NCBI GenBank assembly: GCA_002352425.1
Contig: DEIK01000074.1
Location: 7,346-71,345 of the forward strand
Direction of reading: 5' to 3'
DNA from: Rhodobacteraceae bacterium UBA2776
GTDB taxonomy: Bacteria; Pseudomonadota; Alphaproteobacteria; Rhodobacterales; Rhodobacteraceae
DNA: 64,000 nt
Position numbers and translations under genes: made by a program. Positions 9,676-19,318 of this stretch are shown in pieces. The notes beneath the pieces were generated by a model. The model was not told the DNA's origin. It saw only the letters and a program-made list of their open reading frames with translations, and searched no databases. Position 1 is the first letter of the stretch; every line of letters starts with the position of its first letter.

Positions 9676-10304
9676 TGGGTGTGGATTACCGACAGGAGTT
9701 TCAAAACGCTTTTGATGTTTCACGTGAAACAATGGAGCGTCTGGATCACTATGCGGGTTTGCTAGAAAAGTGGAATCCGGCGATCAATTTGGTTTCAAAA
9801 TCGACGATAGCAACGCTTTGGCAACGCCATTTCCACGATTCTGCGCAAATTTATCAATTTCAAGCAGGAGAAGCTCGTAAGTGGGTGGATTTGGGGAGTG
9901 GTGGTGGGTTCCCTGCCCTCGTATTGGCAATTTTGGCGCTGGAGCTGAATCCAGACGACGATTTCACGCTTGTTGAAAGCGATCTGCGCAAGGTTGCCTT
10001 TTTGCAGACTGTTATCCGTGATCTAGGGCTGAACGCGATTACAATAGCAGAAAGAATTGAAAAGGTGGCGCCTCAAAACGCTGACATCTTGACCGCGCGG
10101 GCGTTGTCTTCGTTGGATAAATTGCTTGAATTTGCGGAGATTCACCTATGCCCACAAGGAGTAGCCGTTTTTCCCAAAGGGGAGACCTACAAAAAAGAAA
10201 TAGAAGATGCTGTTGGGCAATGGAAGTTTGAGTTAGAAGAAACTACAAGCAAAACAAACCCAAATGGCGCAATTCTAAAAATTGGAGGCATCAAGCGTGT
10301 CTGA
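9675..10304 (+). CDS. rsmG: 16S rRNA m7G527 methyltransferase RsmG (GidB)
   Basis: VSRET, WNPAINLVS, RHFHDSAQ, DLGSGGGFPAL motifs; TGATG overlap with mnmG. Confidence 0.96.
   Translation: MGVDYRQEFQNAFDVSRETMERLDHYAGLLEKWNPAINLVSKSTIATLWQRHFHDSAQIYQFQAGEARKWVDLGSGGGFPALVLAILALELNPDDDFTLVESDLRKVAFLQTVIRDLGLNAITIAERIEKVAPQNADILTARALSSLDKLLEFAEIHLCPQGVAVFPKGETYKKEIEDAVGQWKFELEETTSKTNPNGAILKIGGIKRV
9716..9731. promoter_or_regulatory. parS centromere-like site 2 (inside rsmG)
   Basis: Perfect palindrome TGTTTCACGTGAAACA, encoding (D)VSRET. Confidence 0.93.
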
Positions 10305-11118
10305 TCCGACTCGGCCCAAAGGGCCACGAATTATTGCTGTCGCGAACCAAAAAGGTGGTGTTGGAAAAACAACGACGACTATTAACTTGGGTGCTGCGTT
10401 GGCTGCCGATGGGTTTAAGGTGCTTCTTATTGATCTGGACCCCCAGGGGAATGCGTCTACCGGATTGGGGATCGAAGCTTCGCAACGCCAGTTAAACACC
10501 TATGATCTGTTGTTGGGCGATGTGCCGCTTGAGGACATTGTGCAAGAGTCCGACGTCGAAAGAGTGTTGATCGTACCTGCCACCACGGGTCTTAGTTCAG
10601 CTGATATCGAATTGATCTCAAACGAAAAACGTAGCTATCTGCTCTACGACGCACTGCGCCAGCCTGCGATTGATCAATATGATCTTGATGTTATTCTTAT
10701 TGATTGCCCCCCGTCCCTGAACCTGTTGACCGTCAACGCGATGGTGTCGGCGAATTCAGTTCTTGTTCCGTTGCAAAGTGAATTTTTTGCGCTTGAAGGG
10801 TTGTCACAACTGATGTTGACGGTTCGAGAGGTTCGGGAAACCATCAATTCAAAGCTGCGCATCGAGGGGATTGTTTTAACCATGTACGACAGCCGGAATA
10901 GGCTTTCGCAGCAAGTTGAAGCAGATGCGCGGGAAAACTTGGGTGAATTGGTTTTCAAAACGATTATTCCTCGAAATGTACGGGTAAGCGAAGCGCCCTC
11001 CTTTGCTATGCCAGTGACCGAGTATGATCCGAGCTCAAAAGGTGCAAAAGCGTATCGGCAGTTGGCGCGCGAGTTGGCGTCAAATAATTCAATGACAATA
11101 ACCGCAAAAGGAAGTTGA
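10297..11118 (+). CDS. parA: Chromosome partitioning ATPase ParA
   Basis: NQKGGVGKTTT deviant Walker A, DLDPQGNAS, DCPPSL, IPRNVRVSEAPS; GTG start with GGAGG SD at 10284-10288. Confidence 0.97.
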   Translation: MSDPTRPKGPRIIAVANQKGGVGKTTTTINLGAALAADGFKVLLIDLDPQGNASTGLGIEASQRQLNTYDLLLGDVPLEDIVQESDVERVLIVPATTGLSSADIELISNEKRSYLLYDALRQPAIDQYDLDVILIDCPPSLNLLTVNAMVSANSVLVPLQSEFFALEGLSQLMLTVREVRETINSKLRIEGIVLTMYDSRNRLSQQVEADARENLGELVFKTIIPRNVRVSEAPSFAMPVTEYDPSSKGAKAYRQLARELASNNSMTITAKGS

Positions 11119-11119
11119 A

Positions 11120-12031
11120 ATGACCAGTAAAAAACACGAACGACGTGGTTTGGGGCGCGGGCTTTCTGCGCTTATGTCAGATGTTGCGGTGGACAGCGCG
11201 CCGAAAGAAGAAAGTGCGGTTCGAGCATCAAACGAGCAGTCAATTCCTGTTGAAAAAATCAATCCGAACCCGGAACAGCCGAGGCGCGATTTTCCGAAAG
11301 AGGATCTGGATGATCTTGCCGCATCTATTCGGGAAAAAGGTGTAATTCAACCACTAATTTTGCGTAAAAAAGATGGAAAAACAACAAGTTACGAGATTGT
11401 CGCGGGGGAGCGTCGCTGGCGTGCCGCGCAGTTGGCGCAATTGCATGAAGTGCCAGCGATTGTTCGCGACTACACGGATACAGAAGTTTTAGAAATTGCG
11501 ATCATCGAGAATATTCAGCGCGCTGATCTTAACCCTGTTGAGGAAGCTGCGGGTTATCAACAATTGATGGAACGTTTTGGCCATACACAGGAAAAACTGG
11601 CCACTGCCTTGGGTAAAAGTCGCAGCCACATTGCCAATTTGATGCGGCTGTTGCAGTTGCCAGCAGAGGTATTGGCGATGCTTCGGGATGGGAAGCTAAC
11701 ATCAGGTCATGCGCGAGCGTTGATCACGACTGAGAATCCGATCGAATTGGCCCGTATTGTAGTAAAAAAAGGCTTATCCGTTCGTGAAACCGAGCGCCTG
11801 GCTAAGGCGCCGAAGATCAAGCCAGGTAAAGTAGCGCTAAGGCCCAGCGAGAAGGACGCGGATACGCGTGCGCTTGAAGGGGATTTGGCAGCCAACTTGG
11901 GGATGAAGGTTTCAGTTAATCATACGGCTGGCAAGGAAAGTGGCAAATTAACTATTAATTATAAAGACTTAGATCAATTGGATGATTTATGCCGTATTCT
12001 AACAGCTATGCCTCAGGACGGCTCCAAATAA
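11120..12031 (+). CDS. parB: Chromosome partitioning protein ParB
   Basis: GLGRGLSAL, QPRR, GERRWRAA, ENIQRADL, KSRSHIANLMRLL HTH. Confidence 0.97.
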   Translation: MTSKKHERRGLGRGLSALMSDVAVDSAPKEESAVRASNEQSIPVEKINPNPEQPRRDFPKEDLDDLAASIREKGVIQPLILRKKDGKTTSYEIVAGERRWRAAQLAQLHEVPAIVRDYTDTEVLEIAIIENIQRADLNPVEEAAGYQQLMERFGHTQEKLATALGKSRSHIANLMRLLQLPAEVLAMLRDGKLTSGHARALITTENPIELARIVVKKGLSVRETERLAKAPKIKPGKVALRPSEKDADTRALEGDLAANLGMKVSVNHTAGKESGKLTINYKDLDQLDDLCRILTAMPQDGSK

Positions 12032-12359
12032 AGATCAACACAGCTATCAAAATGGTCGCCTGCAGGAGTAATAGCCAAATTTTGAGCCCTAATGCCAATG
12101 AAATGCCGTAAGCAGCAAAAATTGAAACTGTTGCATAGCCTTTTACACGACGATTGATTGCGCCGTTTCTTTGCCAATCTTCAATTGAAGGGCCGAATTT
12201 TGGGTGTGTTATTAACCAATTGTGCAGGCGTTCAGATGATTTGGAAAAACAGAACGCGGATAACAGCATAAAGGGAACTGTTGGCAAAATTGGTAAAACC
12301 ACACCGATGGCGCCAAGCGCAAAGGATGCTAATCCTAACAAGAGCCAAATAAGACGCAT
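12006..12359 (-). CDS. YbaN (DUF454) family inner membrane protein
   Basis: GVVLPILPTVPFMLLSAFCFSKSS, HPKFG motifs; ATG 12359. Confidence 0.88.
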   Translation of the reverse strand: MRLIWLLLGLASFALGAIGVVLPILPTVPFMLLSAFCFSKSSERLHNWLITHPKFGPSIEDWQRNGAINRRVKGYATVSIFAAYGISLALGLKIWLLLLQATILIAVLIFIWSRPEA

Positions 12360-12362
12360 CAA

Positions 12363-13520
12363 TTACTCCGTTAACAGCTCGCGAATAATGGCATTCAGCA
12401 CGGGACGACCGCGTGGTGTGGTCATAAGTCGATTTTCAGAGACTTCTACCATGCCGATGTCGCCCAATTGAGCGATCATGTTGCTGTTTAAGGCAGAATG
12501 CGAAATGTTTCCATAACGAGTTAGATCTATCCCATCCGTAACCCGTAGACCCATCATGAGATATTCATCAGCATGTTCAGCAGCAGATTGTGCTTGTCTG
12601 GGCAGTTCACCGTTACCTGCGGCCACGGACGCCAACCATGTTTGAGGATCTTTCGGGGATTCGGTGGCATAGCGTATCCCATTCAAAGTCAGTCTGCCGT
12701 GGGCTCCCGGGCCTATTCCAACGTAATCGCCGCATTGCCAGTAAATCAGGTTATGACGCGATTCAGAGCCACTTTTGGCATGATTAGAGACTTCATAGGC
12801 GGTTAAACCTGTCGAAGTGCAGAGTCCTTGAGTGAGTTGATACATGTCAGCCGAAAGGTCTTCTTTTGGCAAACCGAGCAACCCACCAGCGGCCATTCTG
12901 TCGCCAAAGGCTGTGCCATCCTCGATTGTCAGTTGGTATAACGAAAGGTGATCGCCCGCCATGGCCAGCGCCTCGGTCAATTCAGATTCCCATTGGCTGA
13001 GCGTCTGATCCTGACGTGCGTAGATCAGATCAAAACTTATGCGTTCAAACAGGTTGGCAGCAGTGTCAAAGGCAGCTTTGGCCTCGGCCACTGTATGTAA
13101 GCGGCCCAAGCGACGCAGATCGTCGTCGTTCAGCGCCTGAATTCCGATCGAAACGCGATTTATGCCGGCGTCTTTGAACCCAGCAAAGCGGCCGGATTCA
13201 ACCGAAGTTGGGTTGGCTTCGAGAGTGATTTCGATGTCATTACTAAGGGGCCATGTTTCGCGCACTTTGCGCAGTATTATCGCGACGGTATCGGGGTCCA
13301 TCAAGCTGGGTGTGCCGCCACCGAAAAAAATTGACCGCAAGGGACGTTCGCCGGTTTCGATACCCAACCGGTCAATTTCGTTGCAATAGGCCAGTGCCCA
13401 AGCGGACTGATCAATGGATTTCGAAACATGTGAGTTAAAGTCACAATAGGGGCATTTGGACTGACAAAACGGCCAATGAATATAGAGCCCGAAGCCGCCG
13501 TATTGCCAATCTTCAGGCAA
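12363..13520 (-). CDS. hemW: Radical SAM heme chaperone HemW
   Basis: YIHWPFCQSKCPYCDFNS, FFGGGTPS, EITLEANP, YEVSN, HNLIYW; TTG start 13520. Confidence 0.93.
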   Translation of the reverse strand: MPEDWQYGGFGLYIHWPFCQSKCPYCDFNSHVSKSIDQSAWALAYCNEIDRLGIETGERPLRSIFFGGGTPSLMDPDTVAIILRKVRETWPLSNDIEITLEANPTSVESGRFAGFKDAGINRVSIGIQALNDDDLRRLGRLHTVAEAKAAFDTAANLFERISFDLIYARQDQTLSQWESELTEALAMAGDHLSLYQLTIEDGTAFGDRMAAGGLLGLPKEDLSADMYQLTQGLCTSTGLTAYEVSNHAKSGSESRHNLIYWQCGDYVGIGPGAHGRLTLNGIRYATESPKDPQTWLASVAAGNGELPRQAQSAAEHADEYLMMGLRVTDGIDLTRYGNISHSALNSNMIAQLGDIGMVEVSENRLMTTPRGRPVLNAIIRELLTE

Positions 13521-14121
13521 AACAACCAGCGACCAGTTTAACAAAAGCATCAGCGCGGTGGCTGATGTCTTTTTTGCGGGCGGGATCCATTTCGCCGAAT
13601 GTCAGTGCTTCGCCATTGGGTAAAAACATGGGGTCGAACCCAAAGCCATTTTCGCCACGCATAGGCCAAACAAGACGGCCGTCCACGCGACCCTCAAAGA
13701 CTTCGTCGTGTCCATCGGGCCATGCCAGGCACAGCGTGCAATTGAATGCTGCGGTTCGAGGTTCGGGGGACTGTTTTTCTTCTAGCAAGGTCCAGACCTT
13801 AGTCATCGCCATGGGAAAATCACGTCCCGTCGGCGTTTCTGCCCAATCTGCGGTGTAAACACCCGGTGCGCCGTTCAGTCCGTCGACGGTAATGCCGCTG
13901 TCGTCCGACAATGCAGGCATGCCGCTGGCTTTGGCTGCGAAATGTGCCTTGATCCGTGCGTTGGCTATGAATGTGTCTTGGTCCTCTACTGGTTCTTGCA
14001 GTCCAAGTTCGCCAGCCGAAGTGACTGTGGTGCCGAAAGGCTTCAGCAGCTCGGCGATCTCGACCAGTTTACCGGCGTTGTGGGTGGCGATGACCAACTT
14101 TTCTTCGGTAAAGCGACGCAT
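13513..14121 (-). CDS. rdgB: Non-canonical purine NTP pyrophosphatase RdgB (HAM1)
   Basis: ATHNAGK, DDSG, GFGFDP, ISHRA motifs. Confidence 0.96.
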   Translation of the reverse strand: MRRFTEEKLVIATHNAGKLVEIAELLKPFGTTVTSAGELGLQEPVEDQDTFIANARIKAHFAAKASGMPALSDDSGITVDGLNGAPGVYTADWAETPTGRDFPMAMTKVWTLLEEKQSPEPRTAAFNCTLCLAWPDGHDEVFEGRVDGRLVWPMRGENGFGFDPMFLPNGEALTFGEMDPARKKDISHRADAFVKLVAGCFA

Positions 14122-14831
14122 TAGGCTGTTGCTGCCTTTTGTGCGGCCATCAGTTCGCCAACGCCTTTTTCGGCCAAATCAAGTAGGCCGTTCATTTGAT
14201 CACGCGAATAGGTGGAACCTTCTGCAGACATTTGGACTTCGATCATCTGACCATTGCCTAATAGAACGAAATTGCCGTCGACACCTGCTTCGGAATCTTC
14301 TGGATAATCCAGATCAAGTACGTTTTGACCAGCGTAAACGCCGCAGCTGACAGCGGCGACAGGATCAACCAAAGGATCGGAAATTACATCGCCCGCTTTC
14401 ATCAGTTTATTGACCGCAAGACGCAGCGCGACCCAACCGCCAGTGATTGACGCGCAACGCGTGCCGCCATCGGCCTGAATAACATCGCAATCCACCGTGA
14501 TTTGACGCTCGCCCAAAGCAACACGGTCAACACCCGCGCGCAATGAGCGGCCGATTAGGCGCTGGATTTCCTGGGTGCGACCGGATTGGCCATTTTTGGC
14601 CTCGCGGCGCATCCGCGTGTTGGTGGCGCGGGGCAACATGCCATATTCGGCGGTGACCCAACCCAACCCGGACCCCTTCAAAAACCGCGGCACACCTGGG
14701 TCGATTGTAGCGGTACACAGCACATGCGTATCGCCGCATTTGATCAGGCAAGAGCCCTCGGCGTGCTTGGTAATGCCGGTCTCGATTGAAACTGGCCGCA
14801 TTTCGTCTACATTTCTACCTGAGGGGCGCAT
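14121..14831 (-). CDS. rph: Ribonuclease PH
   Basis: [45 protein letters not shown]. Confidence 0.98.
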   Translation of the reverse strand: MRPSGRNVDEMRPVSIETGITKHAEGSCLIKCGDTHVLCTATIDPGVPRFLKGSGLGWVTAEYGMLPRATNTRMRREAKNGQSGRTQEIQRLIGRSLRAGVDRVALGERQITVDCDVIQADGGTRCASITGGWVALRLAVNKLMKAGDVISDPLVDPVAAVSCGVYAGQNVLDLDYPEDSEAGVDGNFVLLGNGQMIEVQMSAEGSTYSRDQMNGLLDLAEKGVGELMAAQKAATA

Positions 14832-14904
14832 GGTGTGTCCTTTGTTTATGGGTTAAGTACGAGATACCTGCGCCAATGTGCCAATAGCAACCTGAAAGTG
14901 CCTG

Positions 14905-15969
14905 ATGAGTGACGGTAGCGAAATATTCAACGACATGAACAGCCGCAGCCGCGAGGTGTTTCGGCTGGTGGTGAAAAGCTATCTGGAAACCGGTGGACCA
15001 ATTGGGTCGCGCACTTTGACCCGCGCGATGGACGAAAAGGTGAGTGCTGCGACAATCCGCAATGTGATGCAGGATCTAGAGCATTTGGGGTTGCTGGATT
15101 CGCCGCATATTTCGGCGGGGCGTATTCCGACGCAGCAAGGGTTGCGATTGTTTGTGGACGGATTGTTGGAGGTTGGTGATCCACAAATTGGCGATCGCCA
15201 AAAAATTGATGCTACTATGAAAGACGATCAAAGCGATGTCGCCACCATGCTTGACCGTGTTGGCTCGGCTTTGTCGGGCATGACGCATGGCGCGAGCCTT
15301 GTTTTGACGCCAAAACATGAGGCGCCGATAAAACATGTTGAATTTGTAAGCCTTGCCCCGGATCGCGCACTTGTTGTGTTGGTCTTTGCCGACGGTCATG
15401 TTGAAAACCGCGTTTTCACGCCGGCCAAAGGCCAAACGCCATCATCCATGCGCGAGGCGGCGAATTTTCTGAATGCCTTGGCCGAAGGGCGAACCTTGAC
15501 TGAGCTGCGGCACAGCATTGGTCACGACATTAAATCAAGACGTCAGGAAATCGATTCTTTGGCCCGTGAGTTGGTCGAGAGCGGATTTGCGCTCTGGGAT
15601 GATGAAAGCGCGAATTATGAGCGGTTGATTGTACGCGGCCGTGCGAATCTACTGAATCAAGATGCCGAGGAGGCGGACCTTAATCGCATCCGCAGCCTGT
15701 TTGATGACCTAGAACGCAAGCGCGACATCGCCGAATTCCTTGAATTGACCGAGGAAGGCGAAGGTGTACGCATTTTTATTGGCTCTGAGAACAAATTATT
15801 TTCACTTTCGGGTAGCTCTTTGGTGGTTTCTCCTTATATGAACTCTGATCGCAAGATTATTGGCGCGGTCGGGGTCATTGGCCCCACCCGTCTGAATTAT
15901 GGACGTATCGTGCCGATTGTGGATTACACGGCGCAACTGGTTGGAAAGCTGATTTCGGATCAGGGCTAA
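14905..15969 (+). CDS. hrcA: Heat-inducible transcription repressor HrcA
   Basis: SAATIRNVMQDLE, PHISAGRIPT, GVIGPTRLNY. Confidence 0.97.
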   Translation: MSDGSEIFNDMNSRSREVFRLVVKSYLETGGPIGSRTLTRAMDEKVSAATIRNVMQDLEHLGLLDSPHISAGRIPTQQGLRLFVDGLLEVGDPQIGDRQKIDATMKDDQSDVATMLDRVGSALSGMTHGASLVLTPKHEAPIKHVEFVSLAPDRALVVLVFADGHVENRVFTPAKGQTPSSMREAANFLNALAEGRTLTELRHSIGHDIKSRRQEIDSLARELVESGFALWDDESANYERLIVRGRANLLNQDAEEADLNRIRSLFDDLERKRDIAEFLELTEEGEGVRIFIGSENKLFSLSGSSLVVSPYMNSDRKIIGAVGVIGPTRLNYGRIVPIVDYTAQLVGKLISDQG

Positions 15970-15980
15970 GGAAAAGAAAA

Positions 15981-16544
15981 ATGGCAGACGCAAACAAAGA
16001 AGACTTTTTGGATGACATTGAATCGCTTGAGGCAGAACTGGACCGCATCGAAGAAGACGATGATGCGCTTGAGGTGGATGAGCTTGAGCAGCTGCGCGGT
16101 GAGCGTGACGAATTCAAAGACCGTTTTATGCGTGCCTTGGCGGATGCCGAAAATTCCCGCAAGCGCAGCGATCGTGATCGCCGTGAGGCGGAACAATATG
16201 GTGGCTCCAAATTGGCGCGCGACATGCTGCCAGTTTACGACAATATGAAGCGCGCACTTGAGGCGGCAACTGAGGAACAACGTTCTGTGTCCGCCGGTTT
16301 GATTGAGGGCATCGAGTTAACCATGCGTGAATTGCTGAATGTGTTTTCCAAACACGGCGTAACAATTATTGCCCCCGAAGTTGGCGAGCGATTTGATCCC
16401 AACATTCATGAATCCATGTTCGAAGCGCCGCTACCAGGTACCAAATCAGGTGACATCATTCAGGTGGCAGCCGAAGGATTTATGTTGCACGATCGTTTGC
16501 TGCGCCCTGCGCAGGTTGGCGTTTCGTCGATGCCAAAGGCCTAG
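15981..16544 (+). CDS. grpE: Nucleotide exchange factor GrpE
   Basis: RALADAENSRKR, FDPNIHESM, RLLRPAQVGVS. Confidence 0.97.
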   Translation: MADANKEDFLDDIESLEAELDRIEEDDDALEVDELEQLRGERDEFKDRFMRALADAENSRKRSDRDRREAEQYGGSKLARDMLPVYDNMKRALEAATEEQRSVSAGLIEGIELTMRELLNVFSKHGVTIIAPEVGERFDPNIHESMFEAPLPGTKSGDIIQVAAEGFMLHDRLLRPAQVGVSSMPKA

Positions 16545-19189
16545 GATTCCAGGGTTTTCAACTCGTACAACAAGGCCAACGCGTCTTTGGGTGTTAGATC
16601 ATCTGGCATGATGGCGCGCAGCCTGGTTTCGATCTTGGAGTCTTTGATTTGGACAGGGGCTGGTGCCGGGGTGGTTGAAAACAACGGTAAATCGTCGATC
16701 AACGCCTTTTGGCCAACCTTGCCTTCGCGTTCGCCTTTTTCCAGCATTTCCAACACGATACGTGCGCGTTCGACCACGCTTTCGGGCAGGCCAGCCAATC
16801 GGGCAACCTGCACACCGTAGGATCGGTCAGCAGCACCTTTTTTGACCTCGTGTAGGAAAATCACCTCACCTTCCCATTCCTTCACCGTAACGGTCGCGTT
16901 TTCGACGCCGCCCAGTTTGTCCGAAAGGGCGGTCATTTCATGGTAGTGGGTGGCGAACAATGCGCGGCATTGGTTTGCGTCGTGCAAATGCTCTAACGTC
17001 GCCCATGCGATGGACAGCCCGTCATAAGTCGCAGTCCCGCGGCCAATTTCATCCAGAATGACCAAAGCGCGATCGTCTGCTTGATTCAAAATCGCAGCGG
17101 TTTCGACCATCTCCACCATGAATGTTGAACGTCCGCGAGCCAGATCATCAGACGCTCCAACGCGGCTAAATAATTGTGACACCAACCCGATATGGGCGCG
17201 ATTTGCAGGGACATATGATCCAATTTGCCCCAACAATGCGATTAAGGCGTTTTGCCGTAGGAACGTGGATTTACCGGCCATGTTTGGACCCGTTAGCAGC
17301 CAGATATCGGCGCCCGCGCTGCCGTTAGCCAGAATGCAGTCGTTCGCAATGAATGGCGCGCCACCTTGTTTGCGCAGGGCCTGTTCAACAACGGGATGAC
17401 GGCCACCTTCAATTTCAAAGGCGCGACTGTCGTCGATGGTTGGTTTGCACCAGCTTTCCCCCGCCGCCAGATCAGCAAAGGCACAGGACAAATCAATTTC
17501 CGAGAGCGCTTTGGCAGCCAGCCCAATCGGGCCTGATTGTTCCAAAATGGCGGCATTTATGCTAGAATAGAGCCGCTTTTCGATCTCAAGCGCTCTGTTG
17601 CCGGCGTTCAGGATTTTGGTTTCCATTTCGGACAGAGGCACTGTGGTGAACCGCACAGCGTTGGCTGTGGTTTGTCGGTGGATAAATGTTTCTGACAGCG
17701 GCGCGGACAGCATTTTTTCGGCATGAGTGGCCGTGGTTTCAATGAAGTATCCCAAAACATTGTTGTGCTTGATTTTAAGCGCAGAAATGCCGGTTTGTTC
17801 GACAAATTCGCGCTGCATTCCGGCAATGACGCTGCGCCCCTCATCGCGTAAGGTGCGGGCCTCGTCTAACTCGGCATCATACCCAGGCGCAATAAATCCG
17901 CCGTCACGCATCAAGATGGGTGGATCAGCGACCAATGATTGATCAAGCAGTTCGAGCAAAGCTTCGTGTCCGGCGAGAGATTTGGCAGCATCCGCCAATG
18001 TGGCTGCGATCTCTAGCCCGCCAATGCGCTCTGCAATAGCCTGTGCTTGTGCCAACCCGTCCCGAATGGCTGTCAAATCCCGTGGTCCACCGCGATCCAG
18101 TCCAAGACGTGAAATTGCGCGGTCCATGTCGGGGCATTTACGGAGATCGTCGCGCAAATCAGTCCTCAAGGCGGCTTGAGTCAGCATCGAGGTAACAGCA
18201 TCTTGCCGCGCATGGATCTCGCTTAGGTTTCTAGAGGGGCTGGACACGCGCCGTTCTAGCAATCGACCACCGCCTGCTGTGATTGTGCGGTCGATTACCG
18301 CGAGCAGCGAGCCATCTCGCCCACCGGACATGCTCCGCGTCAATTCCAGATTGCGCCGCGTTGCTGCATCAATTTGCATCGCGCCTTCTGAGGATTCCCG
18401 AATGGGTGTGCGCAGCAAAGGCAGTTGGCCTTTTTGGGTGATATCAAGCCAGTCAACAATCGCACCCATCGCCGAGTTTTCAGCACGGTTGAATTGCCCA
18501 AAGGATTCAAGTGTGCTGACTTTGAACAGTTCCATCAAGCGCTTTTCGGCGGCCGTGCTGTCAAAGCTGGCGCTAGAGAGCGCGGTTAAAGAAATACCCA
18601 ATTCAGTCACTAACTCGGCCAAATCGGCCTCATTTTGCTGCGTTACGACCAGTTCACGAGGCGTCAGGCGCGCCAACTCGGGGCCTAGACGGACACGCGG
18701 ACAGGGCATGACGTGAAAGACGCCTGTTGAAATATCAACCCAAGCCAATGCGCCCTGATCACGAACCTCGGAATAGGCCGCCAGATAGTTGTGCCGCCGA
18801 GCATCCAGCAGAGAATCTTCTGTCAAAGTACCAGGCGTGACCAATCTTACGACTTCACGGTGCACGACGGATTTGGCACCGCGTTTTTTCGCTTCGGCGG
18901 GGTCTTCCATCTGCTCACAAACGGCGACCCGAAACCCTTTGCGGATCAGCGTCAGGAAGTAGCCCTCAGCGGCCCGTACGGGAACGCCGCACATGGGAAT
19001 ATCTTCGCCCATATGTTTGCCACGTTTGGTCAGTGCGATATCAAGTGCGGTCGCAGCCGCGACAGCATCGTCGAAAAACATCTCATAGAAGTCACCCATC
19101 CGGTAGAACAATAGCGCGTCTTGATAGTCGGCCTTGATCTCCAGAAATTGGGCCATCATTGGTGTGACGGATGCCTTGGCGATATTCAT
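16541..19189 (-). CDS. mutS: DNA mismatch repair protein MutS
   Basis: TPMMAQFLEIK, FYRMGDFYEMF, GPNMAGKST, DEIGRGT motifs. Confidence 0.98.
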   Translation of the reverse strand: MNIAKASVTPMMAQFLEIKADYQDALLFYRMGDFYEMFFDDAVAAATALDIALTKRGKHMGEDIPMCGVPVRAAEGYFLTLIRKGFRVAVCEQMEDPAEAKKRGAKSVVHREVVRLVTPGTLTEDSLLDARRHNYLAAYSEVRDQGALAWVDISTGVFHVMPCPRVRLGPELARLTPRELVVTQQNEADLAELVTELGISLTALSSASFDSTAAEKRLMELFKVSTLESFGQFNRAENSAMGAIVDWLDITQKGQLPLLRTPIRESSEGAMQIDAATRRNLELTRSMSGGRDGSLLAVIDRTITAGGGRLLERRVSSPSRNLSEIHARQDAVTSMLTQAALRTDLRDDLRKCPDMDRAISRLGLDRGGPRDLTAIRDGLAQAQAIAERIGGLEIAATLADAAKSLAGHEALLELLDQSLVADPPILMRDGGFIAPGYDAELDEARTLRDEGRSVIAGMQREFVEQTGISALKIKHNNVLGYFIETTATHAEKMLSAPLSETFIHRQTTANAVRFTTVPLSEMETKILNAGNRALEIEKRLYSSINAAILEQSGPIGLAAKALSEIDLSCAFADLAAGESWCKPTIDDSRAFEIEGGRHPVVEQALRKQGGAPFIANDCILANGSAGADIWLLTGPNMAGKSTFLRQNALIALLGQIGSYVPANRAHIGLVSQLFSRVGASDDLARGRSTFMVEMVETAAILNQADDRALVILDEIGRGTATYDGLSIAWATLEHLHDANQCRALFATHYHEMTALSDKLGGVENATVTVKEWEGEVIFLHEVKKGAADRSYGVQVARLAGLPESVVERARIVLEMLEKGEREGKVGQKALIDDLPLFSTTPAPAPVQIKDSKIETRLRAIMPDDLTPKDALALLYELKTLES

Positions 19190-19318
19190 GTAACCCCCCG
19201 GTTTTTACACGGGTGATCATACGTATTGCCCCGCCATTGTGAAACCCTTGATACGCAGGATGTTGTTACGGGCGGCAATCAGCGGTATTGAGGTATAAAT
19301 ACAATTGGGATCCAGATT

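Noticed and set aside
11776-11791. CGTGAAAC parS half-site in parB
   Set aside because: The left half does not match; it simply encodes VRET
14832-14904. CIRCE element near hrcA/grpE
   Set aside because: No TTAGCACTC-N9-GAGTGCTAA seen here or upstream of grpE
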